Assembly: GCA_043228905.1 (NCBI GenBank)
Contig: JBHGNT010000106.1
Location: 21,076 to 85,075 of the forward strand
DNA from: Azolla caroliniana
Taxonomy: Eukaryota; Plantae; Polypodiophyta
Length of the DNA stretch: 64,000 bases
Reading direction: 5' to 3'
Position numbers and translations under genes: made by a program. Below are positions 26,810 to 41,200 of this stretch, piece by piece. The notes below the pieces were generated by a model that was not told the origin of the DNA, made no database searches, and saw nothing but the letters and a program-made list of their open reading frames with translations. How positions within the stretch are numbered: the first letter of the stretch is position 1; the number at the start of each line of letters is the position of its first letter.

Positions 26810-29640
26810 GAGTTTCAAAATCTTGATTTTTTAATTCCATATCGTAGCTAGCGTTGTTAGCTTCGATTCGCATGTTTGAACACAAAAATCCGATATCACA
26901 CGAGCCAGGTATGAACATTTTAATTTACTCAAGGGCTCCTCTCAACTCCCTCCTCAAATTTGGTAATTTCATCATGTCTCTTGACCTGAGTTTCAAAATC
27001 TTGATTTTTTAATTCCATATCATAGCTAGCGTTGTTAGCTTCGAATTGCATGTTTGAACACAAAAATCCGATATTACACGAGCCAGGTATGAACATTTTA
27101 ATTTACTCAAGGGCTCTTCCCAACTCACTCCTCAAATTTGCTAATTTCGTCATGTCTCTCGACCTGAGTTTCAAAATCTTGATTTTTTAATTCCATATCA
27201 TAGCTAGCGTTGTTAGGTTCGATTCGCTTGGTTGAACGCAAAAATCCGATATCACACGAGCCAGGTATGAACATTTTCATTTACTCAAGGGCTCCTCTCA
27301 ACTCCCTCCTCATGTTTGCTAATTTCGTCATGTCTCTCGACCTGAGTTTCAAAATCTTGATTTTTTAATTCCATATCATAGCTAGCGTTGTTAGCTTCGA
27401 TTCGCATGTTTGAACACAAAAATCCGATATCACACGAGCCACGTATGAACATTTTAATTTACTCAAGGGCTCCTCTCAACTCCCTCCTCATGTTTGCTAA
27501 TTTCGTCATGTCTCTCGACCTGAGTTTCAAAATCTTGATTTTTTAATTCCATATCATAGCTAGCGTTGTTAGCTTCGATTCGCATGTTTGAACACAAAAA
27601 TCCGATATCACACGAGCCAGGTATGAACATTTTAATTTACTCAAGGGCTCCTCTCAACTCCCTCCTCAAATTTGGTAATTTCATCATGTCTCTTGACCTG
27701 AGTTTCAAAATCTTGATTTTTTAATTCCATATCATAGCTAGCGTTGTTAGCTTCGATTCGCATGTTTGAACACAAAAATCCGATATCACATGAGCCACGT
27801 ATGAACATTTTAATTTACTCAAGGGCTCCTCTCAACTCCCTCCTCATGTTTGCTAATTTCGTCATGTCTCTCGACCTGAGTTTCATATCATAGCTAGCGT
27901 TGTTAGCTTCGATTCGCATGTTTGAACACAAGAATCCGATATCACAGGAGGCAGGTATGAACATTTTAATTTACTCAAGGGCTCCTATCAACTCCCTCCT
28001 CATGTTTGCTAATATCGTCATGTCTCTCGACCTGAGTTTCAAAATCTTGATTTTTTAATTCCATATCATAGCTAGCGTTGTTAGCTTCGATTCGCATGTT
28101 TGAACACAAAAATCCGATATCACACGAGCTAGGTATGAACATTTTAATTTACTCAAGGGCTCCTCTCAACTCCCTCCTCATGTTTGCTAATTTCGCCATG
28201 TCTGTCGACCTGAGTTTCAAAATCTTGATTTTTTAATTCCATATCGTAGCTAGCGTTGTTAGCTTCGATTCGCATGTTTGAACACAAAAATCCGATATCA
28301 CACGAGCCAGGTATGAACATTTTAATTTACTCAAGGGCTCCTCTCAACTCCCTCCTCAAATTTGGTAATTTCATCATGTCTCTTGACCTGAGTTTCAAAA
28401 TCTTGATTTTTTAATTCCATATCATAGCTAGCGTTGTTAGCTTCGAATTGCATGTTTGAACACAAAAATCCGATATTACACGAGCCAGGTATGAACATTT
28501 TAATTTACTCAAGGGCTCTTCCCAACTCACTCCTCAAATTTGCTAATTTCGTCATGTCTCTCGACCTGAGTTTCAAAATCTTGATTTTTTAATTCCATAT
28601 CATAGCTAGCGTTGTTAGGTTCGATTCGCTTGGTTGAACGCAAAAATCCGATATCACACGAGCCAGGTATGAACATTTTCATTTACTCAAGGGCTCCTCT
28701 CAACTCCCTCCTCATGTTTGCTAATTTCGTCATGTCTCTCGACCTGAGTTTCAAAATCTTGATTTTTTAATTCCATATCATAGCTAGCGTTGTTAGCTTC
28801 GATTCGCATGTTTGAACACAAAAATCCGATATCACACGAGCCACGTATGAACATTTTAATTTACTCAAGGGCTCCTCTCAACTCCCTCCTCATGTTTGCT
28901 AATTTCGTCATGTCTCTCGACCTGAGTTTCAAAATCTTGATTTTTTAATTCCATATCATAGCTAGCGTTGTTAGCTTCGATTCGCATGTTTGAACACAAA
29001 AATCCGATATCACACGAGCCAGGTATGAACATTTTAATTTACTCAAGGGCTCCTCTCAACTCCCTCCTCAAATTTGGTAATTTCATCATGTCTCTTGACC
29101 TGAGTTTCAAAATCTTGATTTTTTAATTCCATATCATAGCTAGCGTTGTTAGCTTCGATTCGCATGTTTGAACACAAAAATCCGATATCACATGAGCCAC
29201 GTATGAACATTTTAATTTACTCAAGGGCTCCTCTCAACTCCCTCCTCATGTTTGCTAATTTCGTCATGTCTCTCGACCTGAGTTTCATATCATAGCTAGC
29301 GTTGTTAGCTTCGATTCGCATGTTTGAACACAAGAATCCGATATCACAGGAGGCAGGTATGAACATTTTAATTTACTCAAGGGCTCCTATCAACTCCCTC
29401 CTCATGTTTGCTAATATCGTCATGTCTCTCGACCTGAGTTTCAAAATCTTGATTTTTTAATTCCATATCATAGCTAGCGTTGTTAGCTTCGATTCGCATG
29501 TTTGAACACAAAAATCCGATATCACACGAGCTAGGTATGAACATTTTAATTTACTCAAGGGCTCCTCTCAACTCCCTCCTCATGTTTGCTAATTTCGCCA
29601 TGTCTGTCGACCTGAGTTTCAAAATCTTGATTTTTTAATT
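26810..29640 (+). repeat. Tandem duplication of an 8-monomer block containing a 156-bp deleted monomer (period 1402 bp)
   Basis: The deletion junction agtttcatatc is at 27879 and 29281. The linked private variant ctcctatcaac follows both. 1402 = 8x178-22. Confidence 0.88.
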
Positions 29641-30549
29641 CCATATTATAGCTAGCGTTGTTAGCTTCGAATCGCATATTTGAACACAAAAATCCGATAT
29701 CACACGAGGCAGGCATGAACATTTTAATTTACTCAAGGGCTCTTCTCAACTCACTCCTCAAATTTGCTAATTTCGTCATGTCTCTCGACCTGAGTTTCAA
29801 AATCTTGATTTTTTAATTCCATATCGTAGCTAGCGTTGTTAGCTTCGATTTGCATGTTTGAACACAAAAATCCGATATCACACGAGGCAGGTATGAACAT
29901 TTTAATTTACTCAAGGGCTCTTCCCACCTCACTCCTCAAATTTGCTAATTTCGTCATGTCTCTCGACCTGAGTTTCAAAATCTTGATTTTTTAATTCCAT
30001 ATCGTAGCTAGCGTTGTTAGCTTCGATTTGCATGTTTGAACACAAAAATCCGATATCACACGAGGCAGGTATGAACATTTTAATTTACTCAAGGGCTCTT
30101 CTCAACCACTCCTCAAATTTGCTAATTTCGTCATGTCTCTCGACCTGAGTTTCAAAATCTTGATTTTTTAATTCCATATCATAGCTAGCGTTGTTAGCTT
30201 CGATTCGCATGTTTGAACACAAAAATCGGATATCACACGAGCTAGGTATGAACATTTTCATTTACTCAAGGCTTCCTCTCAACTCCCTCCTCATGTTTGC
30301 TAATGTCGTCATGTCTCTCGACCTGAGTTTCAAAATCTTGATTTTTTAATTCCATATTATAGCTAGCGTTGTTAGCTTCGATTCGCATGTTTGAACACAA
30401 AAATCCGATATCACACGAGCCAGGTATGAACATTTTAATTTACTAAAGGGCTCCTCTCAACTCCCTCCTCATGTTTGCTAATTTCGTCATGTCTCTCGAC
30501 CTGAGTTTCAAAATCTTGATTTTTTAATTCCATATCATAGCTAGCGTTG

Positions 30550-33500
30550 TTAGCTTCGATTCGCATGTTTGAACACAAAAATCCGATATCACACGAGCCA
30601 GGTATGAACATTTTAATTTACTCAAGGGCTCCTCTCAACTCCCTCCTCATGTTTCCTAATTTCGTCATGTCTCTCGACCTGAGTTTCAAAATCTTGATTT
30701 TTTAATTCCATATCGTAGCTAGCGTTGTTAGCTTCGATTCGCATGTTTGAACACAAAAATCCGATATCACACGAGCCAGGTATGAACATTTTAATTTACT
30801 CAAGGGCTCCTCTCAACTCCCTCCTCAAATTTGGTAATTTCATCATGTCTCTTGACCTGAGTTTCAAAATCTTGATTTTTTAATTCCATATCATAGCTAG
30901 CGTTGTTAGCTTCGAATTGCATGTTTGAACACAAAAATTCGATATTACACGAGCCAGGTATGAACATTTTAATTTACTCAAGGGCTCTTCCCAACTCACT
31001 CCTCAAATTTGCTAATTTCGTCATGTCTCTCGACCTGAGTTTCAAAATCTTGATTTTTTAATTCCATATCATAGCTAGCGTTGTTAGGTTCGATTCGCTT
31101 GGTTGAACGCAAAAATCCGATATCACACGAGCCAGGTATGAACATTTTCATTTACTCAAGGGCTCCTCTCAACTCCCTCCTCATGTTTGCTAATTTCGTC
31201 ATGTCTCTCGACCTGAGTTTCAAAATCTTGATTTTTTAATTCCATATCATAGCTAGCGTTGTTAGCTTCGATTCGCATGTTTGAACACAAAAATCCGATA
31301 TCACACGAGCCACGTATGAACATTTTAATTTACTCAAGGGCTCCTCTCAACTCCCTCCTCATGTTTGCTAATTTCGTCATGTCTCTCGACCTGAGTTTCA
31401 AAATCTTGATTTTTTAATTCCATATCATAGCTAGCGTTGTTAGCTTCGATTCGCATGTTTGAACACAAAAATCCGATATCACACGAGCCAGGTATGAACA
31501 TTTTAATTTACTCAAGGGCTCCTCTCAACTCCCTCCTCAAATTTGGTAATTTCATCATGTCTCTTGACCTGAGTTTCAAAATCTTGATTTTTTAATTCCA
31601 TATCATAGCTAGCGTTGTTAGCTTCGAATCGCATGTTTGAACACAAAAATCCGATATCACACGAGGCAGGTATGAACATTTTAATTTACTCAAGGGCTCT
31701 TCCCAACTCACTCCTCAAATTTGCTAATTTCGTCATGTCTCTCGACCTGAGTTTCAAAATCTTGATTTTTTAATTCCATATCATAGCTAGCGTTGTTAGC
31801 TTCGATTCGCATGTTTGAACACAAAAATCCGATATCACACGAGCCAGGTATGAACATTTTAATTTACTCAAGGGCTCCTCTCAACTCCCTCCTCAAATTT
31901 GGTAATTTCATCATGTCTCTTGACTTGAGTTTCAAAATCTTGATTTTTTAATTCCATATCATAGCTAGCGTTGTTAGCTTCGAATCGCATGTTTGAACAC
32001 AAAAATCCGATATCACACGAGGCAGGTATGAACATTTTAATTTACTCAAGGGCTCTTCCCAACTCACTCCTCAAATTTGCTAATTTCGTCATGTCTCTCG
32101 ACCTGAGTTTCAAAATCTTGATTTTTTAATTCCATATCGTAGCTAGCGTTGTTAGCTTCGATTTGCATGTTTGAACACAAAAATCCGATATCACACGAGG
32201 CAGGTATGAACATTTTAATTTACTCAAGGGCTCTTCTCAACCACTCCTCAAATTTGCTAATTTCGTCATGTCTCTCGACCTGAGTTTCAAAATCTTGATT
32301 TTTTAATTCCATATTATAGCTAGCGTTGTTAGCTTCGATTCGCATGTTTGAACACAAGAATCCGATATCACAGGAGCCAGGTATGAACATTTTAATTTAC
32401 TCAAGGGCTCCTCTCAACTCCCTCCTCATGTTTGCTAATATCGTCATGTCTCTCGACCTGAGTTTCAAAATCTTGATTTTTTAATTCCATATCATAGCTA
32501 GCGTTGTTAGCTTCGATTCGCATGTTTGAACACAAAAATCCGATATCACACGAGCTAGGTATGAACATTTTAATTTACTCAAGGGCTCCTCTCAACTCCC
32601 TCCTCATGTTTGCTAATTTCGCCATGTCTGTTGACCTGAGTTACAAAATCTTGATTTTTTAATTCCATATTATAGCTAGCGTTGTTAGCTTCGAATCGCA
32701 TATTTGAACACAAAAATCCGATATCACACGAGGCAGGCATGAACATTTTAATTTACTCAAGGGCTCTTCTCAACTCACTCCTCAAATTTGCTAATTTCGT
32801 CATGTCTCTCGACCTGAGTTTCAAAATCTTGATTTTTTAATTCCATATCGTAGCTAGCGTTGTTAGCTTCGATTTGCATGTTTGAACACAAAAATCCGAT
32901 ATCACACGAGGCAGGTATGAACATTTTAATTTACTCAAGGGCTCTTCCCAACTCACTCCTCAAATTTGCTAATTTCGTCATGTCTCTCGACCTGAGTTTC
33001 AAAATCTTGATTTTTTAATTCCATATCGTAGCTAGCGTTGTTAGCTTCGATTTGCATGTTTGAACACAAAAATCCGATATCACACGAGGCAGGTATGAAC
33101 ATTTTAATTTACTCAAGGGCTCTTCTCAACCACTCCTCAAATTTGCTAATTTCGTCATGTCTCTCGACCTGAGTTTCAAAATCTTGATTTTTTAAGTCCA
33201 TATCATAGCTAGCGTTGTTAGCTTCGATTCGCATGTTTGAACACAAAAATCGGATATCACACGAGCCAGGTATGAACATTTTCATTTACTCAAGGCTTCC
33301 TCTCAACTCCCTCCTCATGTTTGCTAATGTCGTCATGTCTCTCGACCTGAGTTTCAAAATCTTGATTTTTTAATTCCATATCATAGCTAGCGTTGTTAGC
33401 TTCGATTCGCATGTTTGAACACAAAAATCCGATATCACACGAGCCAGGTATGAACATTTTAATTTACTCAAGGGCTCCTCTCAACTCCCTCCTCATGTTT

Positions 33501-35220
33501 CCTAATTTCGTCATGTCTCTCGACCTGAGTTTCAAAATCTTGATTTTTTAATTCCATATCGTAGCTAGCGTTGTTAGCTTCGATTCGCATGTTTGAACAC
33601 AAAAATCCGATATCACACGAGCCAGGTATGAACATTTTAATTTACTCAAGGGCTCCTCTCAACTCCCTCCTCATGTTTCCTAATTTCGTCATGTCTCTCG
33701 ACCTGAGTTTCAAAATCTTGATTTTTTAATTCCATATCGTAGCTAGCGTTGTTAGCTTCGATTCGCATGTTTGAACACAAAAATCCGATATCACACGAGC
33801 CAGGTATGAACATTTTAATTTACTCAAGGGCTCCTCTCAACTCCCTCCTCAAATTTGGTAATTTCATCATGTCTCTTGACCTGAGTTTCAAAATCTTGAT
33901 TTTTTAATTCCATATCATAGCTAGCGTTGTTAGCTTCGAATTGCATGTTTGAACACAAAAATTCGATATTACACGAGCCAGGTATGAACATTTTAATTTA
34001 CTCAAGGGCTCTTCCCAACTCACTCCTCAAATTTGCTAATTTCGTCATGTCTCTCGACCTGAGTTTCAAAATCTTGATTTTTTAATTCCATATCATAGCT
34101 AGCGTTGTTAGGTTCGATTCGCTTGGTTGAACGCAAAAATCCGATATCACACGAGCCAGGTATGAACATTTTCATTTACTCAAGGGCTCCTCTCAACTCC
34201 CTCCTCATGTTTGCTAATTTCGTCATGTCTCTCGACCTGAGTTTCAAAATCTTGATTTTTTAATTCCATATCATAGCTAGCGTTGTTAGCTTCGATTCGC
34301 ATGTTTGAACACAAAAATCCGATATCACACGAGCCACGTATGAACATTTTAATTTACTCAAGGGCTCCTCTCAACTCCCTCCTCATGTTTGCTAATTTCG
34401 TCATGTCTCTCGACCTGAGTTTCAAAATCTTGATTTTTTAATTCCATATCATAGCTAGCGTTGTTAGCTTCGATTCGCATGTTTGAACACAAAAATCCGA
34501 TATCACACGAGCCAGGTATGAACATTTTAATTTACTCAAGGGCTCCTCTCAACTCCCTCCTCAAATTTGGTAATTTCATCATGTCTCTTGACCTGAGTTT
34601 CAAAATCTTGATTTTTTAATTCCATATCATAGCTAGCGTTGTTAGCTTCGAATCGCATGTTTGAACACAAAAATCCGATATCACACGAGGCAGGTATGAA
34701 CATTTTAATTTACTCAAGGGCTCTTCCCAACTCACTCCTCAAATTTGCTAATTTCGTCATGTCTCTCGACCTGAGTTTCAAAATCTTGATTTTTTAATTC
34801 CATATCATAGCTAGCGTTGTTAGCTTCGATTCGCATGTTTGAACACAAAAATCCGATATCACACGAGCCAGGTATGAACATTTTAATTTACTCAAGGGCT
34901 CCTCTCAACTCCCTCCTCAAATTTGGTAATTTCATCATGTCTCTTGACTTGAGTTTCAAAATCTTGATTTTTTAATTCCATATCATAGCTAGCGTTGTTA
35001 GCTTCGAATCGCATGTTTGAACACAAAAATCCGATATCACACGAGGCAGGTATGAACATTTTAATTTACTCAAGGGCTCTTCCCAACTCACTCCTCAAAT
35101 TTGCTAATTTCGTCATGTCTCTCGACCTGAGTTTCAAAATCTTGATTTTTTAATTCCATATCGTAGCTAGCGTTGTTAGCTTCGATTTGCATGTTTGAAC
35201 ACAAAAATCCGATATCACAC
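30550..35220 (+). repeat. Block repeated at a 17-monomer offset (3024 bp)
   Basis: The private markers aaaaattcgatattacac (~30933/~33957) and tgacttgag (31921/34945) recur at +3024 = 17x178-2. Boundaries are approximate. Confidence 0.75.
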
Positions 35221-38200
35221 GAGCCAGGTATGAACATTTTAATTTACTAAAGGGCTCCTCTCAACTCCCTCCTCAAGTTTGCTAATTTCGTCATGTCTCT
35301 CGACCTGAGTCTCAAAATCTTGATTTTTTAATTCCATATCATAGCTAGCGTTGTTAGCTTCGATTCGCATGTTTGAACACAAGAATCCGATATCACAGGA
35401 GCCAGGTATGAACATTTTAATTTACTCAAGGGCTCCTCTCAACTCCCTCCTCATGTTTGCTAATATCGTCATGTCTCTCGACCTGAGTTTCAAAATCTTG
35501 ATTTTTTAATTCCATATCATAGCTAGCGTTGTTAGCTTCGATTCGCATGTTTGAACACAAAAATCCGATATCACACGAGCTAGGTATGAACATTTTAATT
35601 TACTCAAGGGCTCCTCTCAACTCCCTCCTCATGTTTGCTAATTTCGCCATGTCTGTCGACCTGAGTTTCAAAATCTTGATTTTTTAATTCCATATTATAG
35701 CTAGCGTTGTTAGCTTCGAATCGCATATTTGAACACAAAAATCCGATATCACACGAGGCAGGCATGAACATTTTAATTTACTGAAGGGCTCTTCTCAACT
35801 CACTCCTCAAATTTGCTAATTTCGTCATGTCTCTCGACCTGAGTTTCAAAATCTTGATTTTTTAATTCCATATCGTAGCTAGCGTTGTTAGCTTCGATTT
35901 GCATGTTTGAACACAAAAATCCGATATCACACGAGGCAGGTATGAACATTTTAATTTACTCAAGGGCTCTTCCCAACTCACTCCTCAAATTTGCTAATTT
36001 CGTCATGTCTCTTGACCTGATTTTCAAAATCTTGATTTTTTAATTCCATATCGTAGCTAGCGTTGTTAGCTTCGATTTGCATGTTTGAACACAAAAATCC
36101 GATATCACACGAGGCAGGTATGAACATTTTAATTTACTCAAGGGCTCTTCTCAACCACTCCTCAAATTTGCTAATTTCGTCATGTCTCTCGACCTGAGTT
36201 TCAAAATCTTGATTTTTTAAGTCCATATCATAGCTAGCGTTGTTAGCTTCGATTCGCATGTTTGAACACAAAAATCGGATATCACACGAGCCAGGTATGA
36301 ACATTTTCATTTACTCAAGGCTTCCTCTCAACTCCCTCCTCATGTTTGCTAATGTCGTCATGTCTCTCGACCTGAGTTTCAAAATCTTGATATTTTAATT
36401 CCATATCATAGCTAGCGTTGTTAGCTTCGATTCGCATGTTTGAACACAAAAATCCGATATCACACGAGCTAGGTATGAACATTTTAATTTACTCAAGGGC
36501 TCCTCTCAACTCCCTCCTCATGTTTGCTAATTTCGCCATGTCTGTCGACCTGAGTTTCAAAATCTTGATTTTTTAATTCCATATTATAGCTAGCGTTGTT
36601 AGCTTCGAATCGCATATTTGAACACAAAAATCCGATATCACACGAGGCAGGCATGAACATTTTAATTTACTCAAGGGCTCTTCTCAACTCACTCCTCAAA
36701 TTTGCTAATTTCGTCATGTCTCTCGACCTGAGTTTCAAAATCTTGATTTTTTAATTCCATATCGTAGCTAGCGTTGTTAGCTTCGATTCGCATGTTTGAA
36801 CACAAAAATCCGATATCACACGAGCCAGGTATGAACATTTTAATTTACTCAAGGGCTCCTCTCAACTCCCTCCTCAAATTTGGTAATTTCATCATGTCTC
36901 TTGACCTGAGTTTCAAAATCTTGATTTTTTAATTCCATATCATAGCTAGCGTTTTTAGCTTCGAATCGCATGTTTGAACACAAAAATCCGATATCACACG
37001 AGCCAGGTATGAACATTTTCATTTACTCACAGGCTCCTCTCAACTCACTACTCACATTTGTTAATTTCGTCATGTCTCTCGACCTGAGTTTCAAAATCTT
37101 GATTTTTTAATTCCATATCATAGCTAGCGTTGTTAGCTTCGATTCGCATGTTTGAACACAAAAATCCGATATCACACGAGCCAGGTATGAACATTTTAAT
37201 TTACTCAAGGGCTCCTCTCAACTCCCTCCTCAAATTTGGTAATTTCATCATGTCTCTTGACCTGAGTTTCAAAATCTTGATTTTTTAATTCCATATTATA
37301 GCTAGCGTTGTTAGCTTCGAATCGCATGTTTGAACACAAAAATCCGATATCACACGAGGCAGGTATGAACATTTTAATTTACTCAAGGGCTCTTCCCAAC
37401 TCACTCCTCAAATTTGCTAATTTCGTCATGTCTCTCGACCTGAGTTTCAAAATCTTGATTTTTTAATTCCATATCGTAGCTAGCGTTGTTAGCTTCGATT
37501 TGCATGTTTGAACACAAAAATCCGATATCACACGAGGCAGGTATGAACATTTTAATTTACTCAAGGGCTCTTCTCAACCACTCCTCAAATTTGCTAATTT
37601 CGTCATGTCTCTCGACCTGAGTTTCAAAATCTTGATTTTTTAATTCCATATTATAGCTAGCGTTGTTAGCTTCGATTCGCATGTTTGAACACAAAAATCC
37701 GATATCACACGAGCCAGGTATGAACATTTTAATTTACTAAAGGGCTCCTCTCAACTCCCTCCTCAAGTTTGCTAATTTCGTCATGTCTCTCGACCTGAGT
37801 CTCAAAATCTTGATTTTTTAATTCCATATCATAGCTAGCGTTGTTAGCTTCGATTCGCATGTTTGAACACAAGAATCCGATATCACAGGAGCCAGGTATG
37901 AACATTTTAATTTACTCAAGGGCTCCTCTCAACTCCCTCCTCATGTTTGCTAATATCGTCATGTCTCTCGACCTGAGTTTCAAAATCTTGATTTTTTAAT
38001 TCCATATCATAGCTAGCGTTGTTAGCTTCATTCGCATGTTTGAACACAAAAATCCGATATCACACGAGCTAGGTATGAACATTTTAATTTACTCAAGGGC
38101 TCCTCTCAACTCCCTCCTCATGTTTGCTAATTTCGCCATGTCTGTCGACCTGAGTTTCAAAATCTTGATTTTTTAATTCCATATTATAGCTAGCGTTGTT

Positions 38201-41200
38201 AGCTTCGAATCGCATATTTGAACACAAAAATCCGATATCACACGAGGCAGGCATGAACATTTTAATTTACTCAAGGGCTCTTCTCAACTCACTCCTCAAA
38301 TTTGCTAATTTCGTCATGTCTCTCGACCTGAGTTTCAAAATCTTGATTTTTTAATTCCATATCGTAGCTAGCGTTGTTAGCTTCGATTTGCATGTTTGAA
38401 CACAAAAATCCGATATCACACGAGGCAGGTATGAACATTTTAATTTACTCAAGGGCTCTTCCCAACTCACTCCTCAAATTTGCTAATTTCGTCATGTCTC
38501 TTGACCTGATTTTCAAAATCTTGATTTTTTAATTCCATATCGTAGCTAGCGTTGTTAGCTTCGATTTGCATGTTTGAACACAAAAATCCGATATCACACG
38601 AGGCAGGTATGAACATTTTAATTTACTCAAGGGCTCTTCTCAACCACTCCTCAAATTTGCTAATTTCGTCATGTCTCTCGACCTGAGTTTCAAAATCTTG
38701 ATTTTTTAAGTCCATATCATAGCTAGCGTTGTTAGCTTCGATTCGCATGTTTGAACACAAAAATCGGATATCACACGAGCCAGGTATGAACATTTTCATT
38801 TACTCAAGGCTTCCTCTCAACTCCCTCCTCATGTTTGCTAATGTCGTCATGTCTCTCGACCTGAGTTTCAAAATCTTGATATTTTAATTCCATATCATAG
38901 CTAGCGTTGTTAGCTTCGATTCGCATGTTTGAACACAAAAATCCGATATCACACGAGCTAGGTATGAACATTTTAATTTACTCAAGGGCTCCTCTCAACT
39001 CCCTCCTCATGTTTGCTAATTTCGCCATGTCTGTCGACCTGAGTTTCAAAATCTTGATTTTTTAATTCCATATTATAGCTAGCGTTGTTAGCTTCGAATC
39101 GCATATTTGAACACAAAAATCCGATATCACACGAGGCAGGCATGAACATTTTAATTTACTCAAGGGCTCTTCTCAACTCACTCCTCAAATTTGCTAATTT
39201 CGTCATGTCTCTCGACCTGAGTTTCAAAATCTTGATTTTTTAATTCCATATCGTAGCTAGCGTTGTTAGCTTCGATTCGCATGTTTGAACACAAAAATCC
39301 GATATCACACGAGCCAGGTATGAACATTTTAATTTACTCAAGGGCTCCTCTCAACTCCCTCCTCAAATTTGGTAATTTCATCATGTCTCTTGACCTGAGT
39401 TTCAAAATCTTGATTTTTTAATTCCATATCATAGCTAGCGTTTTTAGCTTCGAATCGCATGTTTGAACACAAAAATCCGATATCACACGAGCCAGGTATG
39501 AACATTTTCATTTACTCACAGGCTCCTCTCAACTCACTACTCACATTTGTTAATTTCGTCATGTCTCTCGACCTGAGTTTCAAAATCTTGATTTTTTAAT
39601 TCCATATCGTAGCTAGCGTTGTTAGCTTCGATTTGCATGTTTGAACACAAAAATCCGATATCACACGAGCCAGGTATGAACATTTTAATTTACTCAAGGG
39701 CTCTTCTCAACCACTCCTCAAATTTGGTAATTTCGTCATGTCTCTCGACCTGAGTTTCAAAATCTTGATTTTTTAATTCCATATTATAGTTAGCGTTGTT
39801 AGCTTCGATTCGCATGTTTGAACACAAAAATCCGATATCACACGAGGCAGGTATGAACATTTTAATTTACTAAAGGGCTCCTCTCAACTCCCTCCTCAAG
39901 TTTGCTAATTTCGTCATGTCTCTCGACCTGAGTCTCAAAATCTTGATTTTTTAATTCCATATCATAGCTAGCGTTGTTAGCTTCGATTCGCATGTTTGAA
40001 CACAAGAATCCGATATCACAGGAGCCAGGTATGAACATTTTAATTTACTCAAGGGCTCCTCTCAACTCCCTCCTCATGTTTGCTAATATCGTCATGTCTC
40101 TCGACCTGAGTTTCAAAATCTTGATTTTTTAATTCCATATCATAGCTAGCGTTGTTAGCTTCATTCGCATGTTTGAACACAAAAATCCGATATCACACGA
40201 GCTAGGTATGAACATTTTAATTTACTCAAGGGCTCCTCTCAACTCCCTCCTCATGTTTGCTAATTTCGCCATGTCTGTCGACCTGAGTTTCAAAATCTTG
40301 ATTTTTTAATTCCATATTATAGCTAGCGTTGTTAGCTTCGAATCGCATATTTGAACACAAAAATCCGATATCACACGAGGCAGGCATGAACATTTTAATT
40401 TACTCAAGGGCTCTTCTCAACTCACTCCTCAAATTTGCTAATTTCGTCATGTCTCTCGACCTGAGTTTCAAAATCTTGATTTTTTAATTCCATATCGTAG
40501 CTAGCGTTGTTAGCTTCGATTTGCATGTTTGAACACAAAAATCCGATATCACACGAGGCAGGTATGAACATTTTAATTTACTCAAGGGCTCTTCCCAACT
40601 CACTCCTCAAATTTGCTAATTTCGTCATGTCTCTTGACCTGATTTTCAAAATCTTGATTTTTTAATTCCATATCGTAGCTAGCGTTGTTAGCTTCGATTT
40701 GCATGTTTGAACACAAAAATCCGATATCACACGAGGCAGGTATGAACATTTTAATTTACTCAAGGGCTCTTCTCAACCACTCCTCAAATTTGCTAATTTC
40801 GTCATGTCTCTCGACCTGAGTTTCAAAATCTTGATTTTTTAAGTCCATATCATAGCTAGCGTTGTTAGCTTCGATTCGCATGTTTGAACACAAAAATCGG
40901 ATATCACACGAGCCAGGTATGAACATTTTCATTTACTCAAGGCTTCCTCTCAACTCCCTCCTCATGTTTGCTAATGTCGTCATGTCTCTCGACCTGAGTT
41001 TCAAAATCTTGATATTTTAATTCCATATCATAGCTAGCGTTGTTAGCTTCGATTCGCATGTTTGAACACAAAAATCCGATATCACACGAGCTAGGTATGA
41101 ACATTTTAATTTACTCAAGGGCTCCTCTCAACTCCCTCCTCATGTTTGCTAATTTCGCCATGTCTGTCGACCTGAGTTTCAAAATCTTGATTTTTTAATT

